Below, piece after piece: positions 17,647 to 27,899 of a stretch of 64,000 nt of DNA. Under the pieces are notes generated by a model that saw only the letters and a program-made list of their open reading frames with translations, had not been told where the DNA came from and ran no database searches. The position numbers and the translations under genes are program-made. The first letter of the stretch is position 1. Each line of letters opens with the position of its first letter. This DNA comes from a virus. The stretch is from positions 1 to 64,000 of the IMG/VR virus record IMGVR_UViG_3300046010_009647; one strand, 5' to 3'.

Positions 17647-18924
17647 TTGAAAAAGAAGACTAAGGTGTTGTGGTGTGGTGATATCGTCGCCATGACCGGT
17701 TTTGCTCGTGTAACTGAAAATGTCATCTACCGTCTAAAAGACGACTTTGATATCGTCGTACTTGCTCACAACTGGTGGGGTGATCCATGTGAGCAGCAGA
17801 AGGACTTCAAGATGTATCCTTCTTCTAATCGTTTTCAAACCGCACCATTTGGTGAACAACGCATTCGTGAGATCGTTGAGCGTGAACAACCCGACATCGT
17901 CTTCACGATCAATGACATGTGGATCATTAACGCACAGTACCAGCAGATCCAAGACCTTCATAAACAAGGTAAATTCAAGTTCGTGGGTTATGCACCCATG
18001 GATTCGTATGGTTGGATTGGTTGTTTAGCAGATACAGCCAACGAGTGGGATGCCATCATTTCTTACACGGAATTTGGTGCGCACGAATTTGTGAAAGGTG
18101 GTATCCGTAAACCAATCGCCGTCATCCCCCATGGTGTAACACCAGGGCAGTTCTATCCCATGGATAGGGATGAGTGCCGCCGCAAGCTTGGGTTGGATGA
18201 AGACCTGTTTATTGTGTTCAACGGGAATAGGAATCAGTTTCGGAAACGACAGGACATTACGATCCAGGCCTTTGCCAAATTTGCAGTTGGTAAACCAGAA
18301 GCACGGTTGTACCTCCATATGGGACTGAAGGATCAAGGTTGGGATGTGATGGGTGTTTTCGGTAGGGAGATGTCAAAGGTGGGGCTCGATCCCAATGGAC
18401 GCATCATCATGACCACGCAGACGGATGGTCCGCCAAACGTATCGGTGGAAATGCTCAATATCATCTACAACGCATGTGATGTGGGCGTTAATACCTGCAA
18501 GGGTGAGGGATGGGGGCTTGTCAACTTTGAACACGCCGCATGTGGTGTGCCGCAAGTGGTGCCCGACCACACGTCTTGCAAGGAGATCTTCGAGGGCTAT
18601 GGCGAACTGATCCGTTGCGACCACGTTGATGTGGACACCAACTACGCAAGGGAGATGCCATGCCCATCCTCCGAGCACCTTACCGAGATCTTGGAGTACC
18701 TGTACCAAGACAAGGGTATTCGTGAATGGGTTGGCACACGCTGCCGGGAACGCGTGATGGATCCACAGTTCTCATGGGACACTGTTGCGTCTCAATTTGG
18801 TGGCATCTTTGAGGACGTGATGAACGAAGTGGATCATTCGGTCCCAACTGAGATCAGTGAGAAGCCACGAAAGCAGAAGAAAAGCAAAAGTCTGCGGAAG
18901 GAAAAGGCAAGTGCGATAGCCTGA
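17647..18924 (+). CDS. GT4 (GT-B) glycosyltransferase
   Basis: TGFARV; PHGV; N.NRNQ.RKR.D; EGWGL...EHAA.G.PQ; TTG start assumed. Confidence 0.85.
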   Translation: MKKKTKVLWCGDIVAMTGFARVTENVIYRLKDDFDIVVLAHNWWGDPCEQQKDFKMYPSSNRFQTAPFGEQRIREIVEREQPDIVFTINDMWIINAQYQQIQDLHKQGKFKFVGYAPMDSYGWIGCLADTANEWDAIISYTEFGAHEFVKGGIRKPIAVIPHGVTPGQFYPMDRDECRRKLGLDEDLFIVFNGNRNQFRKRQDITIQAFAKFAVGKPEARLYLHMGLKDQGWDVMGVFGREMSKVGLDPNGRIIMTTQTDGPPNVSVEMLNIIYNACDVGVNTCKGEGWGLVNFEHAACGVPQVVPDHTSCKEIFEGYGELIRCDHVDVDTNYAREMPCPSSEHLTEILEYLYQDKGIREWVGTRCRERVMDPQFSWDTVASQFGGIFEDVMNEVDHSVPTEISEKPRKQKKSKSLRKEKASAIA

Positions 18925-18944
18925 TCAAGCGTCAAGGGGAACCA

Positions 18945-18971
18945 GGCCTCTGCTTCGGCAGGGGCTTTTTT
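18945..18971 (+). terminator. intrinsic terminator
   Basis: GCCTCTGC-TTCG-GCAGGGGC-TTTTTT. Confidence 0.85.
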
Positions 18972-19268
18972 GTGCCCATAAGTAGGTATGTGCAGCCAGT
19001 AGATGCGACAACCGTCTTCTAGACCCTTTTAACAGGTGCTACTACGTCCGTATTTATCTTACGTAAGCCGTGCGCGGTTTTTGATCAAAAGTGTCATTGT
19101 TGAGAACAGTTCTCAGTCTTATGTAAGACAAAAATAAGACAATCAAGAGAGTGAGACACTTTTAAACAAAACATGCTCATGACTTAGATATAGTAAATAA
19201 GTATGTAGTAGCACCTATCTCAAGGTGATTTGACCGTGCATACCTTGCATATATGTGCTTGATGGTCT

Positions 19269-19721
19269 ATGCTGCCCTGGTACGCCCTGGTCCCAATGGC
19301 CCGCACATATCAAGAGATGCCACCCCTGTGGTGGGTCCAGGAAAATTTGGAGCTTGGCTCTGATCATCCTTGTGGTCTCAAGTGGAAAACGTCTGACCGC
19401 TACCACGATGCCGGTGATGCTGCGGGAAAAACCACTAGCCACGGCAGGTTTTACACCGTATCCATGCTTGGTATTCGGTATCCAGCGCACCGTGTGGTGT
19501 ATTACTTGCGTACTGGTGACGACCCAAAGGATGCGGATGTTCTTCACGACAAAGACAACATTGCTCGTGACAACCGTTTAAACCTGACGTTGTATAAACG
19601 ACGTACACGCCCAGCGCCTAAGTACAGGCGTCGTGTCCGGGACGAAGAAGGTAATCTTGTCTTCAGAGATCCCCATACCAATTACCGCTTTATTGACAAA
19701 GGAGATTTCTCAAATGGCTGA
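19269..19721 (+). CDS. HNH-like protein (degenerate)
   Basis: Y.AHRVVY.L..G......V.H..N...N pattern. Confidence 0.6.
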   Translation: MLPWYALVPMARTYQEMPPLWWVQENLELGSDHPCGLKWKTSDRYHDAGDAAGKTTSHGRFYTVSMLGIRYPAHRVVYYLRTGDDPKDADVLHDKDNIARDNRLNLTLYKRRTRPAPKYRRRVRDEEGNLVFRDPHTNYRFIDKGDFSNG

Positions 19722-20454
19722 TATCACCAAGCAACTTCTTAATGCAGCAAAATCAATTTCCATTATTCCTTTTATTCCCAACATCAATGAACTATCTGAT
19801 GGTGAACTCGCCCTTCACGGTTTATATCGTGGGTATTACTGTGCTCATGGACACCGCATCCGTGATCAAGACAAGCATTGGTGCTATGAATGCGTCCGTA
19901 AAATCCAAAACAACAACTGTGGATTTGACATCAACTACCTCAACAAAAACTACAAGTCCAGATTGTTTATGCTCTGGAATCAAATTTCTGTTGGTGAGTG
20001 GGATGACTGCTGGGAAGTACCTTGGCTTGCTACAAAACGTACGAGGTTTCCTTCTTACCGCACATTAAACAACTCAAAGACCAATGACAATGTCAATATC
20101 CACAAGGTGATCTACCAATGTGCCTGGGGAGACGTTGGCAAGATGTTTGTCACACGCACGTGCAAAAACAAGAACTGTCTCAATCCTCTTCATTTAGTTT
20201 CAAGTTGGAATCGCACATTCCCTCCTAAGACTATCCATCCATTCTGTGTTGAGTTTGATCCAGCAAAGGCAATGCAACATGCGCAGAATCAACTGAGAAA
20301 TAAACCCATCCCTATTATTGAGCAGCAATACAAAAACACAATACAACATCCGTTGGTACACAAAAATACCCCGGATTATGATGATATACAGGAGTTGTAT
20401 TACGGTTCATATGTCCAGGAGTTCGGTAAGTCAGCCACAAAGAACTCAGAATAA
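19714..20454 (+). CDS. HNH/zinc-binding protein
   Basis: C.HGH...C..C; DDCW; IHKV.Y..AWG......TC.N..C.NP.HL; AGGAG RBS. Confidence 0.65.
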   Translation: MADITKQLLNAAKSISIIPFIPNINELSDGELALHGLYRGYYCAHGHRIRDQDKHWCYECVRKIQNNNCGFDINYLNKNYKSRLFMLWNQISVGEWDDCWEVPWLATKRTRFPSYRTLNNSKTNDNVNIHKVIYQCAWGDVGKMFVTRTCKNKNCLNPLHLVSSWNRTFPPKTIHPFCVEFDPAKAMQHAQNQLRNKPIPIIEQQYKNTIQHPLVHKNTPDYDDIQELYYGSYVQEFGKSATKNSE

Positions 20455-21349
20455 TCCTTTAAATCTCGGTACGTTTAGTCAAACGTCACTGCGTTATCTC
20501 AAAGGAACTCTTGGACCTCAGTGGAAAGTCATTGGTCGCGCTGATACCAGCCAAACATCTAATGGTGGTATTGGCGGAGGGACCTTCAATCATTGGTTCC
20601 TGATCAATATCACGAGCCCTGCTTGGATTATCTTGACAAAAGGACCGCCGCGTCCTCAGTACATTCAAGTATCTGCTTATGACCTAAATAAATCACCTAT
20701 CCAAGGTGATTCAATTTTTGATGCGGATTCGGTCCAGGTTGTTTCTGGTAATGAAATCTACATCCCGTATTTAGATACGGTGATGAATACACAATCAGAT
20801 CTATACAATACATTTTCACGTTATCGTTTAGATCGAGGAGATGATCGTTACTATCCTTTATCTGCAGGTAGCTATCTCATTTGTGTTTCATCTACACGTA
20901 ATGAAACGCTTAACTACGAACTTGGTGTTGTCATTGAGTTTCCTTCCAACGAAGTTTTTATTGCACTAGAAGATTTTGACGGCAGTGTCTTTTTAACCGA
21001 GACACAACCTGACCCAGATAAAGAAATTTTAATTAAATCTCCTATTACAACAAATACAACAATTAGTACAGATCCAGAGCGCCCCAATGCTTATAGCCCA
21101 TCACTTGCATCAATCGATGCAGGCGTTATTGTCACCGTCCTCAATGGATCAACCTGGTTTGTAGGCGTGCCTATTCCAGATGACATTGCCCAAGACGACT
21201 CAAAAATTATTGCAGAACCAGGAAATGACGTTTATTATGATACATTCCATGATCATTCATTATCAGAATGGCGTACTGCATGGGAGCGTGAACACCAAGA
21301 TACCGATAAATTCCCCGATGTATTTGTTCCTTTAGTTAATAGACCATGA
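20411..21349 (+). CDS. hypothetical, likely virion protein
   Basis: About 312 aa, beta-rich. Confidence 0.55.
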   Translation: MSRSSVSQPQRTQNNPLNLGTFSQTSLRYLKGTLGPQWKVIGRADTSQTSNGGIGGGTFNHWFLINITSPAWIILTKGPPRPQYIQVSAYDLNKSPIQGDSIFDADSVQVVSGNEIYIPYLDTVMNTQSDLYNTFSRYRLDRGDDRYYPLSAGSYLICVSSTRNETLNYELGVVIEFPSNEVFIALEDFDGSVFLTETQPDPDKEILIKSPITTNTTISTDPERPNAYSPSLASIDAGVIVTVLNGSTWFVGVPIPDDIAQDDSKIIAEPGNDVYYDTFHDHSLSEWRTAWEREHQDTDKFPDVFVPLVNRP

Positions 21350-21468
21350 TTAAACAACTCCTTGCTTTGTTTCGTAAAACTCCACCCAAGCATTCCCCGC
21401 AAGTTGCTTGGTTGCGTTATTGTATAGAAAATCCTGAAGCCCCAGGATGCCGCATTTATGACGTATGA
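21346..21468 (+). CDS. cp12: CP12-like mini-protein (C-terminal Cys pair only; not in track)
   Basis: MIKQLLALFRKTPPKHSPQVAWLRYCIENPEAPGCRIYDV*; YC..NP....CR.YD matches the CP12 C-terminal motif; ATGA coupling on both sides. Confidence 0.65.
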   Translation: MIKQLLALFRKTPPKHSPQVAWLRYCIENPEAPGCRIYDV

Positions 21469-21605
21469 CAAAAACAAACGACAAGCCTGAAGAAAAAAAG
21501 AAAAAATGTCAGGAAAATAACACACGGATTTACGCTGCTACCGAGAAAGATTGGGAAGACTTCTTTGCTGCACAAGAAGATCTAGATTATTTATTTGATC
21601 GTTGA
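21465..21605 (+). CDS. small hypothetical protein (46 aa)
   Basis: MTKTNDKPEEKKKK...DWEDFF...DR*; ATGA coupling. Confidence 0.45.
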   Translation: MTKTNDKPEEKKKKCQENNTRIYAATEKDWEDFFAAQEDLDYLFDR

Positions 21606-21641
21606 TATCCCGTTTTACAATAAAAGAAACGGGAGATACCC

Positions 21642-21806
21642 ATGTCTAAACTTAACGAATACATTGAAGTGGCTCTTGCCATTCACGCAGCTGCGTCTGC
21701 TATCTGTGCATTGACTCCTACACCAAAGGATGATGACATCCTGCGTAAAGCCTATAAAGTCCTGGAGTTCCTGGCACTGAACATTGGTCGTGCCAAAGAG
21801 CGTTGA
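21642..21806 (+). CDS. holin-like small membrane protein (not in track)
   Basis: Hydrophobic helix plus TPTPKDD; GGGAG RBS; next to the endolysin. Confidence 0.6.
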   Translation: MSKLNEYIEVALAIHAAASAICALTPTPKDDDILRKAYKVLEFLALNIGRAKER

Positions 21807-21969
21807 TTAATCAGGCAATGCCTGAAACCAGAACACGCACCCGCCTTGTTCTTCTACCCAATCTCTGGTTTCATATGCGTGCTCCTTTGGTAGGGTCACG
21901 CATTTTTTCTCATCTCCAATTTGCCAGCACATATTGACGCGGATGCGCGGCTCTTTGTATTTTTTCACG

Positions 21970-22980
21970 TCAGTAATCCCAGCGCACGCGTGGCTTGCCT
22001 TCTCTGATGCCAAGATGGATGAATCCTTTTGGTGCACCATAGCCTAGCGAGTAAGGCCAATTTTTGTCACACCAGTCTTGCACAGTGTAGACATCGACTC
22101 CATCCACGTAAAAGTCAACGGCACCTTTAGATGGGGCGTTGTAAGTGTGCTCACTGTTCTTAGCACCTCCTACTTGCGTATTGATGGGTTCCGGACGAGC
22201 AGCACTAGTGATAATCAATGGTTTATTGCCAAACTGTTTACGTACTTTCTCAAGGAATAAACACAGTTCTTTTGCTGTGTCGCATTGGTATTGTTTTGTA
22301 AAACGACGTGCTTCCTGATTTAAAGTTAATTCACCGTACGTGATGTTAGGTGTGATCTTGTACGTGAATGGGCTCCAAGGATTGAAGTTGTTGTTGTGTG
22401 GGTTTTGATCTTCTTTCTCTCCAATGTTTTGGAGCTGTCGATCCATGATTTGAATTAATTTGGTGCTGTAGTCAGGATCTGTGGCGTATCCTTCCTTTAC
22501 CAATAGACGAGCACATTCATTCCTACTAGTAGCACGATTCACACCTTTAAAACGACCGAAGTCTTTGTACCAGCGATCAACGAGGTAACAAACACAGGTT
22601 TGTATGTTGGGAAAATCAATAAAGCCAGCCTTGATTGTGACCCATTGACCATTAATGAATTCTTGAGTACTGACATTAGAGCCAGATCCCTTTAAACCAA
22701 AGTAATTATTGACACCTGATGTGTGCTTGCCCCAGCCTGACTCGAGTGCCCACTGTGCAGCGACACATTCAGGCCATTTAGCGCCAGCTTGTTTTGCGGC
22801 CGCAAGAACACCGTCCCAAGTATTGGAGGTTTCTGGTTGTGGTTTTGGCTTATTGCGATATTTAACGGCAAAAGACTCCAGTGTCTCAGGTGTTAACTGA
22901 GACTGGAGCCATTCCCATGCGTCAATTTGATGCAGCTCTTTCGTAAAGAACTCAGCAGCATCCGTTAGTTTGATTGACAT
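21970..22980 (-). CDS. endolysin: GH73 glucosaminidase plus peptidase M15
   Basis: AQWALESGWG...NNYFGLK...GYATDPDY; SAAR...N..VGG..NSEH...AVD...FIHL. Confidence 0.88.
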   Translation of the reverse strand: MSIKLTDAAEFFTKELHQIDAWEWLQSQLTPETLESFAVKYRNKPKPQPETSNTWDGVLAAAKQAGAKWPECVAAQWALESGWGKHTSGVNNYFGLKGSGSNVSTQEFINGQWVTIKAGFIDFPNIQTCVCYLVDRWYKDFGRFKGVNRATSRNECARLLVKEGYATDPDYSTKLIQIMDRQLQNIGEKEDQNPHNNNFNPWSPFTYKITPNITYGELTLNQEARRFTKQYQCDTAKELCLFLEKVRKQFGNKPLIITSAARPEPINTQVGGAKNSEHTYNAPSKGAVDFYVDGVDVYTVQDWCDKNWPYSLGYGAPKGFIHLGIREGKPRVRWDY

Positions 22981-23021
22981 ATCGACCTAGAGCTTTTTAT
23001 TACTCTAGGTCAGGTCAATAA

Positions 23022-23207
23022 TCAAGCAGGTACGGCTTCTTTTACTTCAGTTTCTTCCACTGCTTCTTCCTCTGGAGCAAACTCAAGAGTATCGATCAGT
23101 TGACCAATGAGGTTAGCAGAGAAGGCAATGAGGTTGCCGTCACCAGTGGCACGTGCAGAACCAAAGGAATTAATGGCCGAAACTAGCTGAGACTTTGTGC
23201 AAGCCAT
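23022..23207 (-). CDS. hypothetical protein
   Basis: 61-aa ORF in the tail region. Confidence 0.55.
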   Translation of the reverse strand: MACTKSQLVSAINSFGSARATGDGNLIAFSANLIGQLIDTLEFAPEEEAVEETEVKEAVPA

Positions 23208-23241
23208 AAAGAACAGATAACTTCAAAAAGTATAACAAAAA

Positions 23242-23565
23242 TCACCAGGGAACGCCAGATTCAGAAGTTGGGTGCAGCTTTGCTTGGATCTGATTGTGTA
23301 GTGCTTCTTCAATTGAAACAACTTGATCAACACCAAGTGCAGCCAAGGTCCACTCAACAACTTGTTCCTTGGTTAAAGAGCTGAAAGGTGTGAAAGAATT
23401 TGGATTCGGTTTACCAAGACCTACGCTGCCATAACAACCGGCAGTTTTACCGTCTTCTTCTAAAGATGCAGTCCAGTGGACAGTGTACACCGCACCATCA
23501 GGATAGGTATCACCATCGGGAAGATGGCGCTCAAGCTGAGCAATATCCCAAATTGCGTTAGCCAT
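23242..23565 (-). CDS. tail-fibre-associated protein
   Basis: W.I..LE...V..VHW...F.PF..LT.E.V..W...GVPW pattern, directly downstream of a fibre. Confidence 0.6.
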   Translation of the reverse strand: MANAIWDIAQLERHLPDGDTYPDGAVYTVHWTASLEEDGKTAGCYGSVGLGKPNPNSFTPFSSLTKEQVVEWTLAALGVDQVVSIEEALHNQIQAKLHPTSESGVPW

Positions 23566-23682
23566 AACAGATGTTTTTTCTTATTCTAGATGCAGTCCAC
23601 TTTGTACCATCCCAGACGTAGTTAACATTACCACTTGAGAAGGTTTGGTTTAATGTTGGTGATGCGGGAAAATTAATAGCCA

Positions 23683-25137
23683 TTAGTTGGTTCCTCCTTC
23701 AAGGGCGGTGAGTCGGTCTGCCAAAGCAGAGATTTGATAGTGCTGCTCATCAATCGTCATGTTGTTGACGGCCACCATGCCTTGTAGGGTTTCGATGCGC
23801 TCCATTGCTTCCTGCAGCGCAGCCGTCAGCAGGGGCACCAGCTTGGATTGGTCGATGCCTTGGTAGACGGGATTGCCGTCAGCATCTACTTCATCCTTGG
23901 TGCCAGTGACACACTCAGGGACTATCGCCTGTACCTCATGGGCCAAAAAGCCGTCAACCGTGGCATCAGACCCGATGAAATTGAATCGATGGACTGGGAT
24001 CTGCGACAGCCGCTCAGTTGCTCCAGCTAATAGCTCGACGTTTTCTTTCAGCCGATAGTCGGACGTTGTGTTGTAGGAGGTAGAAGACGCATTGGTTGTA
24101 ATGCTTCCCCGTGCCGTGCCGCCGCCATCCATGAAGAGGATCTGGTTTATTGTCCCACTTGCTGCGGTGTTCCAACAACGGATTGGCCACTGGCTTGCTC
24201 CTCCAGTGACATTAAACATTGAAAGCGTGCCGTTGCTCCCTTGAAAACTGAACAGCTCATTCTCGGCCGATGGGGCTGTAGCGCCAAAAAGTACACGACC
24301 TGCATTCGTAATCCTCATCCGCTCCGTCGGGCTGCTCGCTCCGTCGGCGGTGGTAGAGAATACTAGTCTTGTCGGAACGTCATTAGCCGATGTCGCCGCA
24401 TCGGCTACAGCTTCTATCCGAGCGCCTTCAACAAACTCAGTTCCATCCGAACCTTGAAAAGAAACAGCGCCTAAGCTGTCCCCATTGGTAACAGCTTGGT
24501 TACCGCCGATAGATCCATTAATTTGGCGGGCCAGCAATAAATACGCGCCATTACCCGCTGCACTTGTATCGCTTGAAATAATTGCGACTCTTCGAGTGTC
24601 GCTACTCGTTCCTTCTACTTGAAACGCTGCTGATACGGATCCGTTAAAGAAGTTGCTACGCGCACTAGACGTGCCAACTAACAGGCGTCCCGAGCTGTCG
24701 ATGCGGGCGGATTCTGAAGGAGATCCACCAGCAACCGTAAAAGCGATTGCCGACTCTGACAGGATTCGGAGATTTCCTGAATCACTGTAAATTGCACCTA
24801 CAGACGATCCGTTTTTATACCAACGAATACGGCTTTCAGTAGAACTATCGGATGAATCAACAATGACCTGTGGGTTGGTACTTTTGACGTGTAGAGGTGC
24901 GCTAGGGCTACTAGTCCCCAGACCTAAGCGGCCACTGGAGTCGATGAACAACCGCCCCGTGCCGTTAGTCGAGATGGCTACTTGGTCTGCGCCGGGGGAG
25001 TAGATGCCGGTGTTGCTATCACCTGTAAAACTAAATGCAGGAGCAGATGCGCTGCCCACAGGAACACCACTAATACCTGGAGCACTAATAGAAGTAAGGC
25101 CAGTAATAGAGCCAGTGCCGTTAAGATTAATTGCCAT
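23683..25137 (-). CDS. tail fibre with C-terminal intramolecular chaperone (peptidase S74-like)
   Basis: SDYRLKEN...GFLAHEVQ...YQGIDQSKLVPLL. Confidence 0.9.
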   Translation of the reverse strand: MAINLNGTGSITGLTSISAPGISGVPVGSASAPAFSFTGDSNTGIYSPGADQVAISTNGTGRLFIDSSGRLGLGTSSPSAPLHVKSTNPQVIVDSSDSSTESRIRWYKNGSSVGAIYSDSGNLRILSESAIAFTVAGGSPSESARIDSSGRLLVGTSSARSNFFNGSVSAAFQVEGTSSDTRRVAIISSDTSAAGNGAYLLLARQINGSIGGNQAVTNGDSLGAVSFQGSDGTEFVEGARIEAVADAATSANDVPTRLVFSTTADGASSPTERMRITNAGRVLFGATAPSAENELFSFQGSNGTLSMFNVTGGASQWPIRCWNTAASGTINQILFMDGGGTARGSITTNASSTSYNTTSDYRLKENVELLAGATERLSQIPVHRFNFIGSDATVDGFLAHEVQAIVPECVTGTKDEVDADGNPVYQGIDQSKLVPLLTAALQEAMERIETLQGMVAVNNMTIDEQHYQISALADRLTALEGGTN

Positions 25138-25148
25138 TTGTCAGTACC

Positions 25149-26057
25149 TCAAACAATTGCCCAGTTTTGGTCATCACCCACGATGACTTCAACGCCATCA
25201 TTAATTGTGATAGGTCCACAACTTGTGGCGTTATTGCCACTCGGAAGTGTATAACTTGTTGTTACTACTTGTTCATTTAACACAAAAACCTGATCCCCAC
25301 CTGAGCCGGTTGCGCCACCACCTCCGCCAATCTCGGACCAATCGCCGTCTTTATACCCTTCATATCTAATGAGGGTTGTGTTAAAACGCAACATGCCTGT
25401 TAAGGCAGTTGTTGGTCGAGCTGCCGTTGTACCTGTAGGAACTTGAACTGCTCCAGATCCATATGTATATATAGATCCATCTCCACTAACGCGCCAACGT
25501 TCCGTACCCGAAACAGTAATAGATAAGGTATTGGCTGCTCCAGTAAATAAACCAGTATCTGGATCAACGACAAACGTAATGCTTGGATTAGCAGCTGTAC
25601 CGGATGCAAAAATACCTGTTGCAGTGGTGATACTTGCACCGCTAATTGCGTTTCCAGTAATTGAAGCTCCGCTAATTACTTGCCCTGTAATTGTATTCGC
25701 ACTTACATTGGCACCGGTAATCGTTGTTCCGCTAACTGTTTGACCGGTGACAAATAAAGCATTAACAGAGTTTCCGGTAATAGAAGCACCACTGACGGTC
25801 TGTCCAGTTACGTAAAACGCGCTAACACCATTCCCTGTGATTGTTGCTCCGCTTACCGTTTGACCTGTAATATATACTGCATTTACGGATGTACCGGTAA
25901 TAGTGGCGCCAGATAGGGTGCCAGTGACCGTTACATTCCCGCTAAAAGTGGGCGATATAACCAGGCCCGAAACAGGGACAGTTACATTAGCTTCACTTGG
26001 GGCAACGCCTGTTGTGAAGGTAATAAAATCTAAGCGAACTTCGCCAAATTGGGCCAT
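25149..26057 (-). CDS. tail fibre/structural protein with SGxTITG repeats
   Basis: Repeated GQTVSGATITG; GMLRFNT..RYEGY. Confidence 0.75.
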   Translation of the reverse strand: MAQFGEVRLDFITFTTGVAPSEANVTVPVSGLVISPTFSGNVTVTGTLSGATITGTSVNAVYITGQTVSGATITGNGVSAFYVTGQTVSGASITGNSVNALFVTGQTVSGTTITGANVSANTITGQVISGASITGNAISGASITTATGIFASGTAANPSITFVVDPDTGLFTGAANTLSITVSGTERWRVSGDGSIYTYGSGAVQVPTGTTAARPTTALTGMLRFNTTLIRYEGYKDGDWSEIGGGGGATGSGGDQVFVLNEQVVTTSYTLPSGNNATSCGPITINDGVEVIVGDDQNWAIV

Positions 26058-26098
26058 GCGTTTTTAATTTCACCCGCTAGCGTTATTAGTATTTTAAC

Positions 26099-27502
26099 TC
26101 ACGATCCCCAAATAGTGAGTATCATACCATTTACACCTGAGGAAATGGTTACTCCACGAGAGCCGCCAATGGCAACACTAAAAGTATCAGTTGTATCAGA
26201 GTAAGCACCTGTATTTAAATCAGCAACAAAAACAACCGAGGGATTGCTTACGGTTCCCGATGCAAACACACCAGTAGCTGTCCTTAAAGAAGCGCCACTA
26301 ATTACACCTGTAACATTAATTCCCGAACTAAAGTACCCGGAGCCAGAAACAATTAAATTGCCATCGTAAATAACAAAATCACCACCGGCATATCCTCCGC
26401 CACCACTGTTTGCTACCCAAGTAGTCGTACCATCCCCATTAGTACTTAAAATACGGCCTGATACGCCAACAATAGTGGGAAAAGAAAACAGACCATAAGG
26501 ACGGACATCTCCCGATCCACTAACAAAAGTAACTCCGCCTGCACGATAAGTATTACCTGAAACAGTTCCAAACGTACCGCTGGTTGCTTGTATCGTTACA
26601 CCAGAAATATCGCTTGTAAAAACGCCGCTAACTCCAGTGATGGTTGTTGCTTGTACCGTGGTACCTGTTATTGTTGCTCCGCTAAGAAAACTAGTAAATA
26701 CACCTGATACTCCTGTAACAGAAGTAAAAATACCTCTTTCTCCAGTGATTGTCTGCCCAGATAATTGGCTTGTAAAAACACCTGTAATTCCTGTAACAGT
26801 ACCAAAGCTGCCGGTATTTCCTGTTATGGTACCTCCGCTAAGAGATGTAAAAGCACCAGAGACAAAAGAGCCGCTTGTGCCTGTGATTGTTTGTCCGCTT
26901 ACCGTGCCAGTAACACTAATACCAGATGCAAAGAACCCTGAACCACTAACGTAAAGATTTCCTGAAACAGTGTGATTCCCTGCTATTAATGTTGCAAACG
27001 TACCTGTTGTAAAACTGGCATTAGTACCGGTTACTGTAGTGCCAGACACCTGGCCAGTGAAAACGCCTGAAACACCAGTAATTGTTGCTGCTTGAACGCT
27101 GTTCCCAGTAATTGTCTGCCCACTTAAAGAGGATGTAAAAACCCCTGTTGCACTGGTTACAGAAGAAAAGGTTCCTGCGTTACCACTGATAGATCCACTC
27201 GTGGTTAAGTTGTTTTGTATAACAACACCACTGAAGGTCGCAAGACCAGAACTGGTTACAGTATTAAAGCTACTGGAACCTAAAACAGTGAGATTGCCAT
27301 TGATCGTTACGTTACCAGTGATTGTTTCACCGGTCACATTTGCGTAATATTGATCTAAATAATTGCGAAATTCTGTAAACGTAATTTTTTTGTTACGCAG
27401 AACAGGGTCCACTTCAAAGACGTGAACCAGGGTCAGTAGATCCTGTTCATCAATCTCGTTCCCATTAATCGCAGGGAACTCACTGATTCTCCTGTTTGCC
27501 AC
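26099..27502 (-). CDS. tail fibre/structural protein with SGxTITG repeats
   Basis: MANRRISE N-terminus; many TGVSGVFTS.LSG.TITG repeats. Confidence 0.75.
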   Translation of the reverse strand: MANRRISEFPAINGNEIDEQDLLTLVHVFEVDPVLRNKKITFTEFRNYLDQYYANVTGETITGNVTINGNLTVLGSSSFNTVTSSGLATFSGVVIQNNLTTSGSISGNAGTFSSVTSATGVFTSSLSGQTITGNSVQAATITGVSGVFTGQVSGTTVTGTNASFTTGTFATLIAGNHTVSGNLYVSGSGFFASGISVTGTVSGQTITGTSGSFVSGAFTSLSGGTITGNTGSFGTVTGITGVFTSQLSGQTITGERGIFTSVTGVSGVFTSFLSGATITGTTVQATTITGVSGVFTSDISGVTIQATSGTFGTVSGNTYRAGGVTFVSGSGDVRPYGLFSFPTIVGVSGRILSTNGDGTTTWVANSGGGGYAGGDFVIYDGNLIVSGSGYFSSGINVTGVISGASLRTATGVFASGTVSNPSVVFVADLNTGAYSDTTDTFSVAIGGSRGVTISSGVNGMILTIWGS

Positions 27503-27547
27503 CTACGTTTATGCTCAATTCTTTCTCTTAATTATAAATCGGCTTAT

Positions 27548-27847
27548 TTAGCGCACCTTAATCTCGACACGAGGCAAAATATTGGTTACAATATTCCAAG
27601 TCCATTGGACTCCGGTGACAATTCCGCAGGAAAGCAAGATAACCAGCAGTACTTCAGCAACCGTAAGATTACGCCTTACGTAAACAACTTGAGGTTGTTG
27701 CTGTGGCATTGCTGCTTGCTGAGCAATGGCTTGTTGAACGGCAAGCTCACGTGCCCTAGCTTTCATCTGAGCCAAAAGCTCAGGCGTAATTTGGCCTTCA
27801 GGAGCCTGAGGCATGGGTTGTTGGCTAGGGGGAATCTGCTCTTCCAT
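27548..27847 (-). CDS. Gln-rich membrane-anchored protein
   Basis: C-terminal hydrophobic helix. Confidence 0.55.
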   Translation of the reverse strand: MEEQIPPSQQPMPQAPEGQITPELLAQMKARARELAVQQAIAQQAAMPQQQPQVVYVRRNLTVAEVLLVILLSCGIVTGVQWTWNIVTNILPRVEIKVR

Positions 27848-27899
27848 GGTCGCAAATTGTTTTCCCAAAGACTAACATACAAGCAAAGGATGTGCAGGT

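Noticed and set aside
25149-27502. Diversity-generating retroelement or DNA tandem repeats in the fibre genes
   Set aside because: The repeats are at protein level with synonymous divergence; there is no reverse transcriptase and no adenine-specific TR/VR pair.
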